A DNA stretch of 63,837 bases from Paraspadella gotoi (GCA_051294375.1 CM119265.1:4936114-4999950), one strand, 5' to 3'. Counted from the first letter of the stretch, positions 1-15,102 are shown. Program-made: numbers and translations. Notes: generated by a model from the sequence alone, not told the origin.

Positions 1-1289
1 AAATGGAAATAGATGAGGAAAATATGACAAAAATAGCAGGGTTAAAGCGAAAAAAAAAATGATTGAAGAGTTATTAACCTTTGAAAAATACCCGGGATTA
101 TAATGAGGTTGGGGTTATGATGACTACGACAACAACGATGTTCACCTTTTTATAAATGTTATATTTAAAATCTAAATTCGTGAACTCATAATGGTTACGA
201 TTCTTAATAACCTTCAATTTTCTCCTTTCCCCCCCCNNNNNNNNNNNNNNNNNNNNNNNNNNNNNNNNNNNNNNNNNNNNNNNNNNNNNNNNNNNNNNNN
301 NNNNNNNNNNNNNNNNNNNNNNNNNNNNNNNNNNNNNNNNNNNNNNNNNNNNNNNNNNNNNNNNNNNNNNNNNNNNNNNNNNNNNNNNNNNNNNNNNNNN
401 NNNNNNNNNNNNNNNNNNNNNNNNNNNNNNNNNNNNNNNNNNNNNNNNNNNNNNNNNNNNNNNNNNNNNNNNNNNNNNNNNNNNNNNNNNNNNNNNNNNN
501 NNNNNNNNNNNNNNNNNNNNNNNNNAATTTTAATAAACTTTCCCTTTCTCCTCATCAGTCAATTCATAGGTTTTTTCGCCGCTTAAATTTTTTTCTGTAT
601 CCCTTCCCTTGCGAAATTTAATCAAAATTTGATTAAATTTCTTTCTATATAATTGAAAAAAGGAGGAAAACCACTCCATGTTGTACACACAAGCTCTCTA
701 AACAAGGCATTCCAGAGTTTGTTCTACCTCAATGGATGCCAGTTTCCCGCCTGGACTGGATAACGCTGTACTCACCATCACCTTAATGCAGCCCTCCCTC
801 CCACATACACCAAGCATCTTATTAGTATTACTTATTATTTTGGTAAAATATTTGACTAAACCCTAAGTGCAAGAATAACGCCAGAATTAACGCCCGCATT
901 TTCTCTTTTCAAACCAGATATTCTATCCCTTTTCAATTCTATCTCGTCTCTCTCACCATTCTCTCGAAATCTTTCTTTTTTCTTTCTCTCTGATTCATGC
1001 CTTCGGGGCTCTCTCTGCCTCTCGCTCATCTCCCCTCTCTCTCATTCGCTCTCTTCTCTCTCTNNNNNNNNNNNNNNNNNNNNNNNNNCTCGTTCTTCGG
1101 TGAAAGAGAAGAAAATTCCGTCTCCTTTGTTGTTTTTATCGATTTCTATAAATGTGAGATTATTTTTACAGCCGACGCTTCGCAACTGGCGAAGAGAGAA
1201 AACCCGCCTTGTATTTTTTATGTTGCGTCTCGTCAGCAGGGGAGGGGGACCCCTACCGAGCCCCAGCTGGTATCTCGGTGGCGCGAACC

Positions 1290-2330
1290 CAGCTGGGTGA
1301 CGATACTTTAGCTACGTTCTATGAGCGTTGCGATCCGATTCCACTGTCCCCTGGCAGATTTTCGGTTTACGCACCGAGGTCAGACCCAAGACGAGACGGC
1401 GCATGCGCAGGAATCTCGCCTTGGCCACGTATTGACCCTAAATCAACCCCGAGGTCACGACGGAATCAAAACGCGGCCTCTTCTTGTCAAGACCGAGACT
1501 TACCCTCTCGCCCCGAAAGAATGGTTGGCGTCGGAGAAGCGAAGATCCGACCCAACCCGCTCTCAACCATCCCGACCCCTCTCTCCGCTCTACCCCACTC
1601 CCGTCCCTCCCTCACCCCACGATTCCCCCACGCCCATCATCGTTTTCTTGTTGTCGATGATGACGAGTCGGAAGAAGAAGAAGAAGAAAAAAAATTATCG
1701 CGGAATCGGGAGAAAGTTTTTTTTTCCTTTTCATTTTTTTTTCGAAGTGAGTTTCGTTCCATCCTCACCTCAAAATAGATTCCGTTCTCTTTTCCTTTTT
1801 ATTTCTATCTTGTTTGATGGCTTGCTTGCTTGCTTGCTTGCTTGCTTGTTTACTAGTTTTTTTTCTTTCTTTCCGAGTCTCTTTCTTTCTGTTTTCTTTT
1901 TTCATTTTTTCTTTACTTTTTTTTCTGTATTTCCTTATTTCTTTCTTTCGTTTCTGTGTTGTTTCCCTCTTTCTTTCCTGCTTTCTTCCCCTCTTTCTTT
2001 CCCTCTTTCCTTTCCTCTTTCTTATTCTTTCCCTCTTTTTATCTCTCTTTTTTCTTCTTCTTTTTTTCTACTCGTTTCCTTTTTGTTTGCTTGTTTTGAT
2101 TTTTACGTTCGCCCTCCGGCGTCGACCTTAACCTCCACACGTTAACCCCCCCACCGGATCCTGGCTTCACTCTTAACGTTTACCCCCGCCCACTTACCCC
2201 CAGCCCTCCCCTCACTCTCTCACCTCGCCCTCTACTCCCTCACCCGACATCATCGGCGTTTTCTTTTTCTACTCGAGAAACGTTTTTACGCGGTTTGGCG
2301 TTCAAAGGCCACGCCCTCTGGGAGCGTGCG
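1290..2330 (+). repeat. Duplicated segment; second, indel-noisy copy at ~13072-14200
   Basis: Colinear shared strings such as gcaccgaggtcagaccca, cgccttggccacgtattgaccctaaatcaaccc, ttacgttcgccctccggcgtcgaccttaacc and cccgacatcatcggcgtttt. Confidence 0.93.
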
Positions 2331-5300
2331 AATATGCGCCGGCGGCCGGCGGGTCGGAGCCCATCGACCGCTCCTTGGATGGCGCACGGGGCTTTCAGAG
2401 ATCCAGACGGTGTAACGCGGGCGGGTGCAAACTGACGAAAGATTAGAGTACCGGTAGCAATATAAGGTGTCGAGAGTACAATTTTTCAATCTCTTTAATT
2501 CTCTTTCCGAGCTTTCGCAACAATCTCGGCCCGGCCCAAGTGGCTCTTCGTGAAAGAGAACGGCCGAGCCCAACCTCAAGAGGTTTCGCGACCCAAACCC
2601 TCCCATGGGACCGCGCCAATAGTGCCTCGCGTGTTAAAGAATACCAAATATCAGACCAGCGTCTCGCGTTTTTAAATTAACCGGTACGAAAAGGCGGCCC
2701 AGGAAAAGAAGACTCGAAGTGTTACGCTCCCCACTCGGCTGTCATAAAAAACTTTATCTGGTGTTTTTTTTTCCCCACGAGGCTGGCGTCGGGTCGTCGG
2801 GTCCGTTCTCTTCTTTTTTTTGGTTCGACGCTTGAGGCCCGGATGAGTGAAAATCTCTCTAATTACCAACTGTTTTTTTTCTCTCTTGCTTTCGAAACGC
2901 GCCTCCGCTGAGCGTCAAGTAGTTTGAAATCCGCGGCGGACGAACGAATTAATTAAATGCGATCTTGGGTGGAAGGAAAATCAGTATAGATGATGGATTT
3001 TCGAAAAAGAGCATTCGAAAGAAGTGGGAAGCATGTCGGAAGAGTAGTGTAAGGAATAATGTATTGAATAATAACATTCAAGTTTAGGAGTGTTATGAAC
3101 GCATCTTTCTCGAAATAGTTGGGATGTTAGACTTTAAAAAATATGTTAAGGATTTAAGAAAATAGAGATCGCCCGCTTTAAAAAAATTATTCTTTTTTTA
3201 TTCATGGGTTGTGGGGCATTGGCATTAAGCTTCACGGATCTCGACCATTAAAGAGCACGGGTCAACCTTCAGTCGGGTGGGGCTCAATGAGAATTAAAAA
3301 AACATTACTCAGCTCAAGACCATTATTTATATCTTCTAAAATAAGACTTTGCTCTCTTGCTTGCGATCTTCTCATTCTCTGCTCCTTTCGAATCTTTTTT
3401 TAGTTTTTTACTGCTACTGTTCCTTTTTTTTTTTCTATCATCTTTTTTTCATGTCTGTCTCTCCTCTCCATCCGTCTCTCTCTCTCGTCTCAGTCTCTCG
3501 GTCTCTTCACTCCTCTCCTCTCTCTCTTCTCTCTCTCTTCTCGTATTTCTCGCTTCTCTCCTCTCTCATCTCTCTTCCATTTTGTCTGGTCATCAAAGTC
3601 TCTTCGTCTCATCCTCTCTCTCTTCTCCAAGATCTCTCTCACTCCTCCTCTCAACTTTTGGTCACTATCAACTTTCTCACCGCTTTATCTTTTTTATATC
3701 GCCTTTCTCTCATCTTCTTCTTAAATATAACCCGTCCGGCGCCTCTCATTAGTGGTCTATGATTTTTTACCTCCCTCCCGCCCCTACTCTCTCCTCCGAT
3801 CTCACTCGTAATCGCTCTCCCTCTATTTCATCTCATCTCTCTCGGCAGATTTTTCCGCCCTTTGTAAAGGAAACAGGAGACTACGAGGTCGTGGGCCCGC
3901 TCCATGGAGCTATATAATTTGAAATCCCAATTCGTCAGAGCTGCTCTGAGAATGGCCCCGGAAGGGCCCCGTCAGGGGAATTCTCATGGCAAAAAGTGTT
4001 GGACCTTCTCGCAATGCCCATCAATTAATTGCTATAGTGCTCAGAGAATGTGGAGAGAAAGTGGATTGAAATCTCGCGCGCTACGAGATGACGCTCGATT
4101 TACGAGAAGTAGATATTGAATTGATTAGGGGTAATATATGATTGAGGGTTAATCGGTGATACAAGGGAAAAGGGAGAAAGAGAGGAGAAAAGAAAAGAAG
4201 AACCAGGATAATGGACTTGTCAAATAAATACATCGTCCCTCGTAATAAAAAGAAATAATCCGTGTTGGCATTTTTTTCGCCGATTCGGAAAAAAATGCGG
4301 CGTAGATCTTTAGTCCGGAGAATTGGACGCTGATAGCAGTCCTAATTTTCTCTGTACTTTTTCTGATAGGAAAAGAAAGTCCTACCCTACCTCAAATGTT
4401 TAATTAAGAGCAGCCCTTAGCCAGGCTCTGTACATGTCTGCCTGTCTATCTCTACAATGCCTCTTTTCGTCGTCCTCTTATTCTCGCATCCTTACGAGAC
4501 CTAAATTTATAATTTTGGTATTTAATAGTTTCTTATATTAATTAATGTGTACACTATGATATGCTGAGAATTCTTACATCACATTTACATCTTTAGAGTC
4601 TTACTAGATCACTCATCTCACTCTATCTCCTTCATCGTTTATATTCTTCATGTCTCTCCCCTTGTCATCCTCTCAAATCCCCGATGTCCTCTAACATTAC
4701 TTCGAGATTGCTCTCTACGGTACCACTGTTATTCTTTCTCTATCTCAATTTTTGCTTCTACAGTCTTTATTATCAAAACAGCTCTCGTCTTTTCTTAATC
4801 CTCTCATCTCTCTCTTCAATATCAAATATCCTCTCCTCATTTCTCTTCTCCCATCCTCTCGAGCTCAAGGCGCGGCAAAACGCTCCCGTCCTGTCGAGAG
4901 TTTTTTTTTCGGTTTGACGGCCTGCTCTCGCTCTCGGCTCTTCTCTCTCGTGCTTTTTTGCAATCTCATTCCCTCCTTCTCCTTATTCTTGTTCTTCCCT
5001 TTTCTCTCTCTAGTTTTCTTTTTCTACAATTTTTTTTCACTTTGGCCACAAAAGGCAAGGGCCATGAAATAAATTCTTTTAGGGCTCTCTTTTCCTAATT
5101 TTCACCCCACCATTCCTCACGTTTCTCTCTTCTTTTCCCTCTCATTTTGCCTTTTTTTTTTTCTTTGCCTAGGGAAGGGCGGGCCTTTCTTAATTTTTTT
5201 TTCGTCCTTTCTTCTCTCACTCTCTCTCGTCTCTCGTCTCGTCTCTACGTCTTCTCGTTTCCTTCTCTCTCAAGTCTCAAAAACCTCTCTCTCTCCTCCC

Positions 5301-8300
5301 GTCCTCATCCTCTCTCTCTCTCTCACATCGTTTTTTTTTCTCTAGTAACTCTATCTTCGCATATAAGTGCATCGATCACTTTCTCTCATAGTGGAGTTTT
5401 TTGATATCTTCTCTAAACTTTATGTCCATTTCGGTTCTTCTGGGGACAAAATCCAGGCTGGAAACAACGATACTCTATTTAAAAATTTTCTCTTTATGTT
5501 CACAAGAAGTGGGGTAATACAGTATTGGAGGAAGAGATATAAAATAGTATGTAAGGATAGAACTTTAGATAAAGTAATATAATTATACAGAAACGTATAA
5601 GAGCCGTTATTTAAATTTTTTTTAATTAAATTGGGGTGTCGTCTAATCTCAAAGGAAAAATGGAACTCCATCAACTCCATACTTTTGGATTCTTTCTTAT
5701 CAAAAAATAAAAACTCAGACGAATAGTCACTCAGGAGAACTGTATTCTAAAAAACCGAGAGTTACCGTTGCATCTGCAAGAGTCTGTCACGCTCAGTCTA
5801 TTCCTTCTCGAGCAGACGATCACTTCTATATGGGATTTTTACTAGATAGATCTATCGCATAGATTAGGTATAATGATACCGCATCTCACTCGGTAGATAT
5901 TGATAGATAGACTCATAGGATTCAGACTTCTTCTATTGTATTATATTTTATTTTACAAAAATTATATAATTTTTAGAATTAATGGTTATTATGTGGGTTC
6001 ATCTTTTCTATGGTATGTAACCAGGAGCCTGAGCGACCTCTTCTCAATTTTTTAAATGCTGTATCAAAGCAGAGAGCGTCACACCTTAGCGGCGTAACTC
6101 TTTATTGAGTGTGTAGATATAGTAATCTCCGGCGCTCACGCGCTAATTTCGTTTGTCGGTCTGAAGTCCATTAAATAATACTAGCTGGATGTCATTTCAT
6201 GTTAACGAGGGTAGAAGGGGCGGTTCAGAATAATTTAGGTAAATTAATTTAACCTAGGCGACTTTTCGCTCACTTCTGCATATCTCTCTCGATTTATACT
6301 TTTAATTACATATCATAAAGTATCTGCTTGACAAACTCATCATACCATCTTTTTCTCTCTATTTTCTCTCCTTTTTTCCTCCCCTTGCAGCCCGGACTGT
6401 ACCTCTCTCTCTGCTCCCTCTTCTCTCCTCCTGTTTTCTTCTCTATCCCTCCCTTCCTGTCTCTATGTAACTCTCTGTGTGCTTGGTGTCCTGTCCTTCT
6501 TCCCTCTATCTGTTCCTGATCTTCTCTGTCGTGATCGTTCTGCCTTCCTAATCCCTTTTGGTAAAAAGAAAATCTCCAATATCCCGCTCATTATCTCTTC
6601 TCTCTATTCCTTTTCCTCCCCCTTAAAAACTCTTTAAATCTCATCTTATTGACCCCGTATCTTTCTAAAAAATCTCCGGCGCTTCCCTTTTCTATAGAAT
6701 CCGAGTATATATATAGGCGGTGTTCAAACTCACAGAGAAGGCTGTCTTCCCCTATCTTGACTTTCTTTTTCTTCTACATCTTTTGATTGGGCGGAGAAGG
6801 AGGAGAAATTAGGATTTCTCTGTTCCTGTCTGGGGAATTGTGGTTAAATTGTATCACTTTTTCGAGTTATGTCACTCTCTCTCTCTCTGAATGTGACCCA
6901 TCTTCAGAGATGCACGAGTGCACGTCATCGTCAGAGAATACTCGATATGTATCTGCAGTGCGATACGAGAAGAGAGAGTATCGATCATTAGCATGTCATC
7001 GTAGCAGATACTGCTACGAATTGTCTGTCGATCGTAGGTAGGCTCAGAGTGAGTCAGAGATCGGAGAGAGGAGAGTGCTCATCTCGAGGAGGAGAGAGAA
7101 GAGATTTGCTCACAGGGGGTTTGAAACACCGGGCGTCGCGTCTCGCTCTCTGTCGCGTCTCGCTCTCTCACTCTGGGCAGGTTTCACTCAGAAATACCAC
7201 CGCACCTACGAAGCACGTGGTTAATGTTTGAATTTTTATTGACTTTTTATCCATATCGCGCGATCAGAAATAGGTGAGGAGTGTTGAACAATTCACTATC
7301 GACATCAAAATATGAACATTCATAAAAGATGTAACCCCGTGAGGGCAGTCACTTTGTTAATGACTATCCATTCACAGCAGTGAATGATACATTCCTTTTC
7401 GCGGAATGCTAAATAGATTGAATATTAGATATCTTAAAAACCGGCCGATCAATGGAATCAATTCCTATTAAGCCGAGGAGGAATTAGTAAAAAAAATTAA
7501 AGGGATATACACCATTAACGATAATAAATAAGTTACTATTACACAATGTCCCTATAATCTAATTAGTAATTTCACCTCAATCAATCTAACAATATATGGG
7601 TTATTACTCATTTCGTTCATAAATGGCACATTTTTGCGAATTTATCAAGGAGTGCATGGAAGTTCATGATTGGAGAATAAAATGTATTTTACTCTCTGGG
7701 ATCCAGCCCCACCGCACGTTGGAACTGTAAAGAAGGAGAGCGTTAATTTTTGTATTTATTATTCTAATTTTATAGTATTTATATTGACAGATTAAGTGTT
7801 TACGGTAAATGAGAAGTAGAGAGAAGGAGAGAGAAAGGAGAGGGATCTGGGAATCGAAGTCATTGAGATGAGAGAGAGGAGGAGTCGTTAGAGATTAAGA
7901 AGAGATATAATTGAGAGTGTTATATATACTGTGGTGTATATGGTCTCCCTTGCTCATCCTCGTCTCTCTCGTCACTGAAAATTTATAGACTACCCCGGAT
8001 GCAGCTTACTTCTTTCTTTTTTGCGTCCACAACCTGCGGGCGAGAGCTGATTCTTCTCCTATCCCCTCAAAAGGTCCGAATAGGTGTCCCGTCAAATCTT
8101 CTGAGAGAGTACAGGAGAGAGAAGAGAGAGACTGAGAGAGAGGAGAGAGAGAGAGAGAGGAGAGGAGAGAAACGCAGAAGAGAAGAGGAGAGCAACAGAG
8201 GAGACGGAGATGATAGCGAAGTCTCGTCGCCCTCTTCTCTCCCGTCACGCAATCCTTTTCCCTACCCAATACCGTCTCAAACGGGTCGTCCTCTCTCTCT

Positions 8301-11300
8301 CTCACTCTCGTCTTTTCTCTCCTTTCTCTCCTCCCCTAATCTTTCATTCGCCTCTTTTTATGCAATACGCGACGATCCTCTATGGCTTTCTAAGATTTTT
8401 TACTTGCATCATTTTTTCACTTGCATAATTTTTTTCACTTGGCACTCTGCACGTCAAAACTTTTTATCATCTAGCTTCTTCACTCACTTTCCCCTACCGG
8501 CCTCACAAAAATTTCATCTCCAATCTATCATGGTTTAAAAAATAATAAAAAGATTCAAGTCAAATGCTGATCCTCTATATATGTAGGTGGTTTATACACA
8601 TAGCCTTACAAAACAGACTGCATGTTCCACTGGTACGTTTCCTATCTGAAGACTTTATATTTTCGAACCCTGCTTCGTCATCGTTTTCCCTATCCGAATG
8701 CACCTCAAGACCGTCCTTCATCCACTACGAAGAAGCGAAGAAAATATAGCTGTAACGCTAAGAACTGCAGATCTATCTCATCACAAATTAAGGAAAATGA
8801 TTAATTAGGAGTCATAATATTCGTGGTGTAAAAAATATAAAAAAGTTTAATTAGAAAAAGCAAATATTATAGAGTAAAAATATATACAGCGACTAATTCA
8901 TGTTGGATTAATATGGCTGTCGAACACTATTACAATTAATATAACACATAGAAATTGTTGGGATCCTACTGGCACAGAACAGTTAAGAAAAACACGAAAA
9001 TTTAAACCAATACGAATGATTTGTATGAAATTGAAATACATATATTTAAGCCATAGACTTTTTCACACACTTTCCTACCCACACAAACATGACGAACCAA
9101 TGATTTTAATTCCAATCGCGTTTGGACCGCAAGAAGCAGTCGCAGCAAATCGGACGGGAGGGAGAGAGAAAGGTCGAGTGGTGTAAGGAATTTTTCCGCC
9201 TTCTTCTCGTTTCCGGTGCGCGCTAGGGACAGAGTTTGAGCGCGCGGACCCCGGATGGAGCGATTAGAAATCTTCCGGGGAGACCGGAGGGAGCAGTTAT
9301 TGCGCCGTCCGGAGATAATTGAAGACCAAAAAAATTATGGAACAATTTCCACATTAGGCTTGAAAAAAATCTTGGAAAGGAATTTAAGGTGTGGAGTAAT
9401 AACTGAGAGGCTGGGATTTGAAGCTGGGAGGTGTAAAGAACTAGACGTTAATTATTTAATTTAGGGAATACAGAACGGCTGGGTCGAAGCTGGTTGCGGG
9501 AGTACGAGTCGACCGCTTAGATGATAAGGAGGGGAAACTAGAGGTGGAGGATAAAAGGAGCAAAGAGTGAAGGATAAAGATCGAAACTGGATCTTTTAGT
9601 ATCGGAAATTAGAAAACCAAAAATCAGAGCGTTTCCAATTTCGCGGATTTTTCCTTGTCTATTTTTTTTCTGCTTTTCATTTTGTTTGTCCAATTATTTT
9701 TTTTACGTGGGTCTCCGCTATCTTGTTGGGGTACCACATCCATTCCCTCTTACTCCTCCCTTCCTTCTTGGCCCCTTACTTTACAATTTAGGATCCTATG
9801 CAAATCCGACCATTTAGAGTAACCCTATTAACCAACGGTCGACTGTGAATTTCCTGTCTGGCTTTCAAAATCAAGATATAAACCAAACTAAAAAAGTATT
9901 TAATAAAAAAGAGATTTGACCTAAATGTACACCAAACTCTTGAGGAACAAAAACCCTTCCCACCCTTTGGGTTTTGTTTTCTTCCACTCCTGGCAATTTT
10001 GTCGGCCTATCCTATGTGAATTTTACAAACCATCCGAAGGGACCGCAATGGGGTCAATCACTCAGGAGATCACAAGGTCGATATTCGACAGTAAATCTGC
10101 CAGCCAATAGGAACAAACTTACTAAATAGGGTTCTAATTCTCCAGGATAATTAGCTATATTTGCTCCAACTGCCCCTAGCATTTAATCGTTTGAATGTCA
10201 AATTCGGAGTTTTTCTATTTATTCTGTTTTCAAACTCAATATGTCGAGAGTTTTATCTCTTGGTTTTCACTTCGTCTTAACGTCCAAATAATAGTTTGTT
10301 AATTTATCTTATTTTTATTTTTCTTAGAAAAATCATAATTCATAAAAAATCTCTTCTTTTTTATTTATGAAATCGTTAAAGAACGTAATTTTCTCTCTTG
10401 TTTGTTTTCAACATTTTATCTTTCCTCTCACTTGCTCGTTCAATCACTCTCATCTTCTCATTCCACTCTCCCCGCGTCTTCTCTGCATCGCGCCTCTTTT
10501 CCAATCTCTCGTATCTCTCTCTCCTCCGAATCCTTCTTCATCTCATCTATTCCCAGTCTCCTCTCTTCCTCTCTCTCTCCATACTCTCTTCTCTCTCTCT
10601 CTACTCTCTTCACTACTTTCTCTCTCTCTTCTCTTACTCTTTCATCTTTCTACTCCTCTCATAACATCGTTCTTGACATCGAAGGCGTTCCCCTCGACGC
10701 TGCGCCTTATGTTCCTAGAATGGAAACAAACCATTTTCCTTTTCACTACGTTAAGACATCCGGCTCATCCCACTCTCCCTGTTCAAGCCCTCTTCACATT
10801 CCCTTTTTTCCTTACCCCCGCATGTGTATACACCCTTTGGCGTCAATTCGGTTTTTGCCGTGTGGGCTTTTGTTGGATCGGCGTAATCGAAAGACAGAAT
10901 CCTTTCGAAAGAAGTGTGAGGAAAGTACAGCCTTTACGTCGATTTACTATTCTGTTACAATTGATCGCGGTGACGACGCAGCGAAAAAATTCAAGGACCG
11001 GACGGGATCCGGAGCGAAACAGATCCGGGAGTTGTACTGTGCCCGGGGATCGGCGGACCTAGATTCGTGTGTTCATTTATCGGAAAGCACCAAAAAAAGG
11101 TGTGGATTGTAACGTTTTTTTTTGACTGCCGCAAAAATAGAAAAAAGTAGTCAGAAGAAGATGGGAGAGATGAGAGAGAGAAGAGAGAGAATGAAGAAGT
11201 GCGATAGGAGATTAATTCATTGACATGTATATATATTAGTAGTTGATGCTACCTAGACAATATTAATGAGGGGGCGGTAAGGACCGACGGAACCCGAAGT

Positions 11301-11687
11301 GAGTTAATAAAAAGTGAGGTATTATGAGTGGGGATCGTGCTGATAGCTAGATCAGACTAAAAATTTTCTGGACGTTTTCAGAAATCAAATTTATTTTTTT
11401 TTCGCTTATCCCAGTTTAGGTAAGATTCAATTTGGATATATTTCTTCTGCATTCTCTCTTTTCCCTTTCTTGAAAAGATTTGCAACAATCCCTTGGCCTA
11501 TCGCTTCCTCGCTCTCTCTCTTCGCTCTCTATCGTCTCTCTCTCTCTCTCTCTCGTCCTCTCTCTCTTCTCTCTCCTTCTCTCTCTCTCATTCTCCTCTT
11601 CTCTCTCTCTCTCCCTCCCTCCCTCCTCCCCTTCGTTCCCTCTCCTCCGGGGACGTCGCGAANNNNNNNNNNNNNNNNNNNNNNNNN

Positions 11688-11817
11688 GCGAATGAACGGA
11701 TTTGTTTTAAGGGGAGACACGAGCCTCTGGATGACGGGATATTTTGGGGGATTATTTGAATCTTTTTTTAGTTTTTTACTGCTACTTTCTTTTTTTTTAT
11801 ATCTTTTTTTCATTCTT

Positions 11818-11887
<70 letters not shown>

Positions 11888-13075
11888 GAAAAGTTCCAGA
11901 TGCTCGAGAGAGATGAACCATAGCTTTCATGCCCGAAGTAAATTCTTCCATCTCTTAATCATTTTCGAAATTGGAAGTGAAATCCCTCCCGCTTTCAAAT
12001 ATTTTCCTTTTTATTTTCGTTCGGGGATTCAAATTTTCCCTCGTATAAAAAGAAATAATCCGTGTTGCATTTTCGCCGATTCGGAAAAAAACCCTGATAC
12101 AAATCTTTCCCTTTTGAAAAAGCAGTAAAAAATTTTCTGGACTTTTCAGAAATCAAATTTATTTTTTCGCTTATCCCAGTTTAGNNNNNNNNNNNNNNNN
12201 NNNNNNNNNNNNNNNNNNNNNNNNNNNNNNNNNNNNNNNNNNNNNNNNNNNNNNNNNNNNNNNNNNNNNNNNNNNNNNNNNNNNNNNNNNNNNNNNNNNN
12301 NNNNNNNNNNNNNNNNNNNNNNNNNNNNNNNNNNNNNNNNNNNNNNNNNNNNNNNNNNNNNNNNNNNNNNNNNNNNNNNNNNNNNNNNNNNNNNNNNNNN
12401 NNNNNNNNNNNNNNNNNNNNNNNNNNNNNNNNNNNNNNNNNNNNNNNNNNNNNNNNNNNNNNNNNNNNNNNNNNNNNNNNNNNNNNNNNNNNNNNNNNNN
12501 NNNNNNNNNNNNNNNNNNNNNNNNNNNNNNNNCAGTTCTATTCGAATGGGACCATACGCTCTATGCCATTCTCCTCAACCACGGCGCGTGACCCATCTCT
12601 CGACCCGCTGTCACCGCCTCCCCAACCCCTCTCTCCCAAATTCCCCAACCCACCCACTCCCCCCAGGCGCTTTTCCCCCGGGGAAGTAGTTCCGAATGAA
12701 ATACGAGAAAAGTTATGACTTCCATAAAACTTCAATTTCCGAACATTTAATAAAAGAAAAGAAAAAAAAAAGAAAGAAAAGGCGATGAATGAAAAGAAAA
12801 GAAAATGAAAGCCATATGTACGCGAGTCGCGAATACATATTTCCCGAGCGATTAAGTATACATCCGAACGTCGGTATGTTTTCATTTATTTTTGTTTTAG
12901 ATAGAATTTTGTTTTAGTTTCAAAACCGAAGCGCAGATGGCATGAATGCTCTTTTAATAAATATTACAAGCGGAAAAGAATTTCGCCGGTTGACAAGATT
13001 TATTACCTTTTTTTTTCGTTTACCTTTTTCTCGTCCGGAGATTCGACGCTAATGTCAGCGACAGACCCTCTAGCT
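11688..13075 (+). repeat. Duplicated segment; second copy at ~14422-15862, with partial degraded copies near 3390, 4240 and 11360-11660
   Basis: Both copies start gcgaatgaacggattt and end at gacagaccc(t)tctagct. They share ccgctgtcaccgcctccc and tgtacgcgagtcgcgaa. Confidence 0.93.
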
Positions 13076-14583
13076 TGGTGTTGGACGATACTTTCTAGCT
13101 ACGTTCTATTGAGCGTGCGATCTGAAGTTCCAGCCTGTTCCCCTGGCAGATTTTCGCGTTTTACGCACCGAGGTCAGACCCAACGACGAGACGGCGCCAT
13201 GCCGCTAGGAATTCTCGCCTTGGCCACGTATTGACCCTAAATCAACCCGAAGGTCACGACGAATCAAAACGCGCGGCCTCTTCTTGTACAAGACGAGACT
13301 TACCCCTCTCGCCCCCCGAAAGAATGGTTGGGTCGGAGAGCGAGGATCCGACCCAACCCGCTCTCAACCATCCCGACCCCCCCTCTCCGCTCTACCCCAC
13401 TCCCCCGTCCCTCCCTCCACCCCCCACGATTTCCCCCACGCCCATCATCGTTTTCTTGGATGTCGATGATGACGAAGTCGGAAGAAGAAAGAAAGAAGAA
13501 AAAAAATTAATTCGCGGAATTCGGGGGAAGAGAAAGGTTTGTTTTTTTTTCCTCCTTTCATTTTTTTTTTTTTTCGAAGTGAGTTTCGTTTCCATCCTCA
13601 CCTCAAAAATAGATTCCGTTCTCTTTTCCTTTTATTTCTATCTGTTTGATGGCGCTTGCTTGCTTGCTGGCTCTGCTTGCTTGTTTACTATTTTTTTTTT
13701 CTTTCTCATTCCGAAGTCTCTTTCTGTTCTCTTTTCTTTCTCATTTTTTCTTACTTTTTTTCTTGTTATTTCTATATTTCTTTCTTTCTGCGTTCTGTGT
13801 TGTTTCCCTCTTTCTTTCCTGCTTTCTTCGCCCCTCTTTCTTTCCCTCTTTTCCTTTTCTCTTTCTTTATTCTTTCCCTGCTTTTTAATCTTCTTATTTC
13901 TCTTCTTCTTTTTTGCTCTACTCGTTTCTTTTTGTTTGCTTGTTTTGATTTTTTACGTTCGCCCTCCGGCGTCGACCTTAACCCTCCACACGTTAACCCC
14001 CCCACCGGATTCCTGGCTTCACTCTTAACGTTTTACCCCCGCCCCACTTACCCCCAGCCCTCCCCTTCACTCCTTCTCACCTCGCCCTCTACTCCCTCAC
14101 CCGACATCATCGGCGTTTTTCTTTTTCTACTTTCGAGAACCGTTTTTTACGCGGTTTGGCCGTTCAAAGGCCACGCCCCTCGGAAGCGTGCGAATATTTG
14201 GCGCCGGCGGCGTCGGAGCGCCATCGACGCTCCTCGGCATCGCGCTCATTGCTCGTTTGTAGGAATTTTTTTTCGCGGATACGCCATGGGACTGCGCCGT
14301 TACGTTCACACGCGTTACGTCGCACGCGTTATACTTGGGGTTTTTTTTTGTGGGTGGGTCTAACGCAGCTCGCGCTCCCCGACTTCAGGCGCCGCGGAGT
14401 TTTTACGTTCGTAATTTTTTTGCGAATGAACGGATTTGTTTTAAGGGGGAGACACGATGCCTTTCTGGAATGACTGGGATATTATGGCGGGATTATTTGA
14501 ATCTTTTTAGTTTTTACTGCTACTTCATTTTTTTCCCTATTTTCTATTTCTATCTTTTTTTCATTCTTTCTTTCTCTCTCTTT

Positions 14584-14617
<34 letters not shown>

Positions 14618-15102
14618 CTTTCTCTCTCGTCCTTCTCTCCTCTCTCTCTCTCTTCTCTCTCTCTCTCTCCCTCATTTGAATAAGTTCCAGATGCTCTGAT
14701 GAGAGCATGGAAACCATAGCTTTCATGCCCGAAGTAAATTTCTTCCATCTCTTAATCATTTCGAAATTGGAAGGTGAAATCCCTCCCGGTTCCAAATATT
14801 TTCCTTTTTGTATTTTCGTTCGCGGGATTCAAATTTTTCCCTTCGTTATAAAAAGATAGTAATCCGTGGTTTGCATTTTCGCCGATTCGCGAAAAAAAAC
14901 AACCCTGGATACAAATCTTTTCCCTTTTGAAAAAGCAGTAGTAAAAATTTCTGGACTTCCTTCAGAAATCAAATTTATTTTTTTTCGCTACGGCATATAT
15001 CCAGTTTAGTAAAACTTCAATTTGGATATTTCTCCCTTCTTGAATACAGGATTTGCGACAATCCCTTTGGTCCCTTATTCGCTCTCGCTCTCTTTCTTCT
15101 CT

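Noticed and set aside
1209-2145. Long ORFs of 189 and 274 aa in duplicated segment A
   Set aside because: No recognisable homology. The 3' half is a T/C-rich tract that mimics a membrane protein, and such stop-poor composition yields long ORFs by chance.
6478-6495. 'AWCP' resembling the DDR 'GAWCP' motif
   Set aside because: It is embedded in noisy CT-rich sequence with no flanking DS-domain similarity or splice sites.
9820-10135. Weak inverted repeat (aaccctatt/aatagggtt; gtcgactgtgaatttcctg/caggagatcacaaggtcga)
   Set aside because: Matches are short, arm spacing is inconsistent, and the sequence is probably error-rich.
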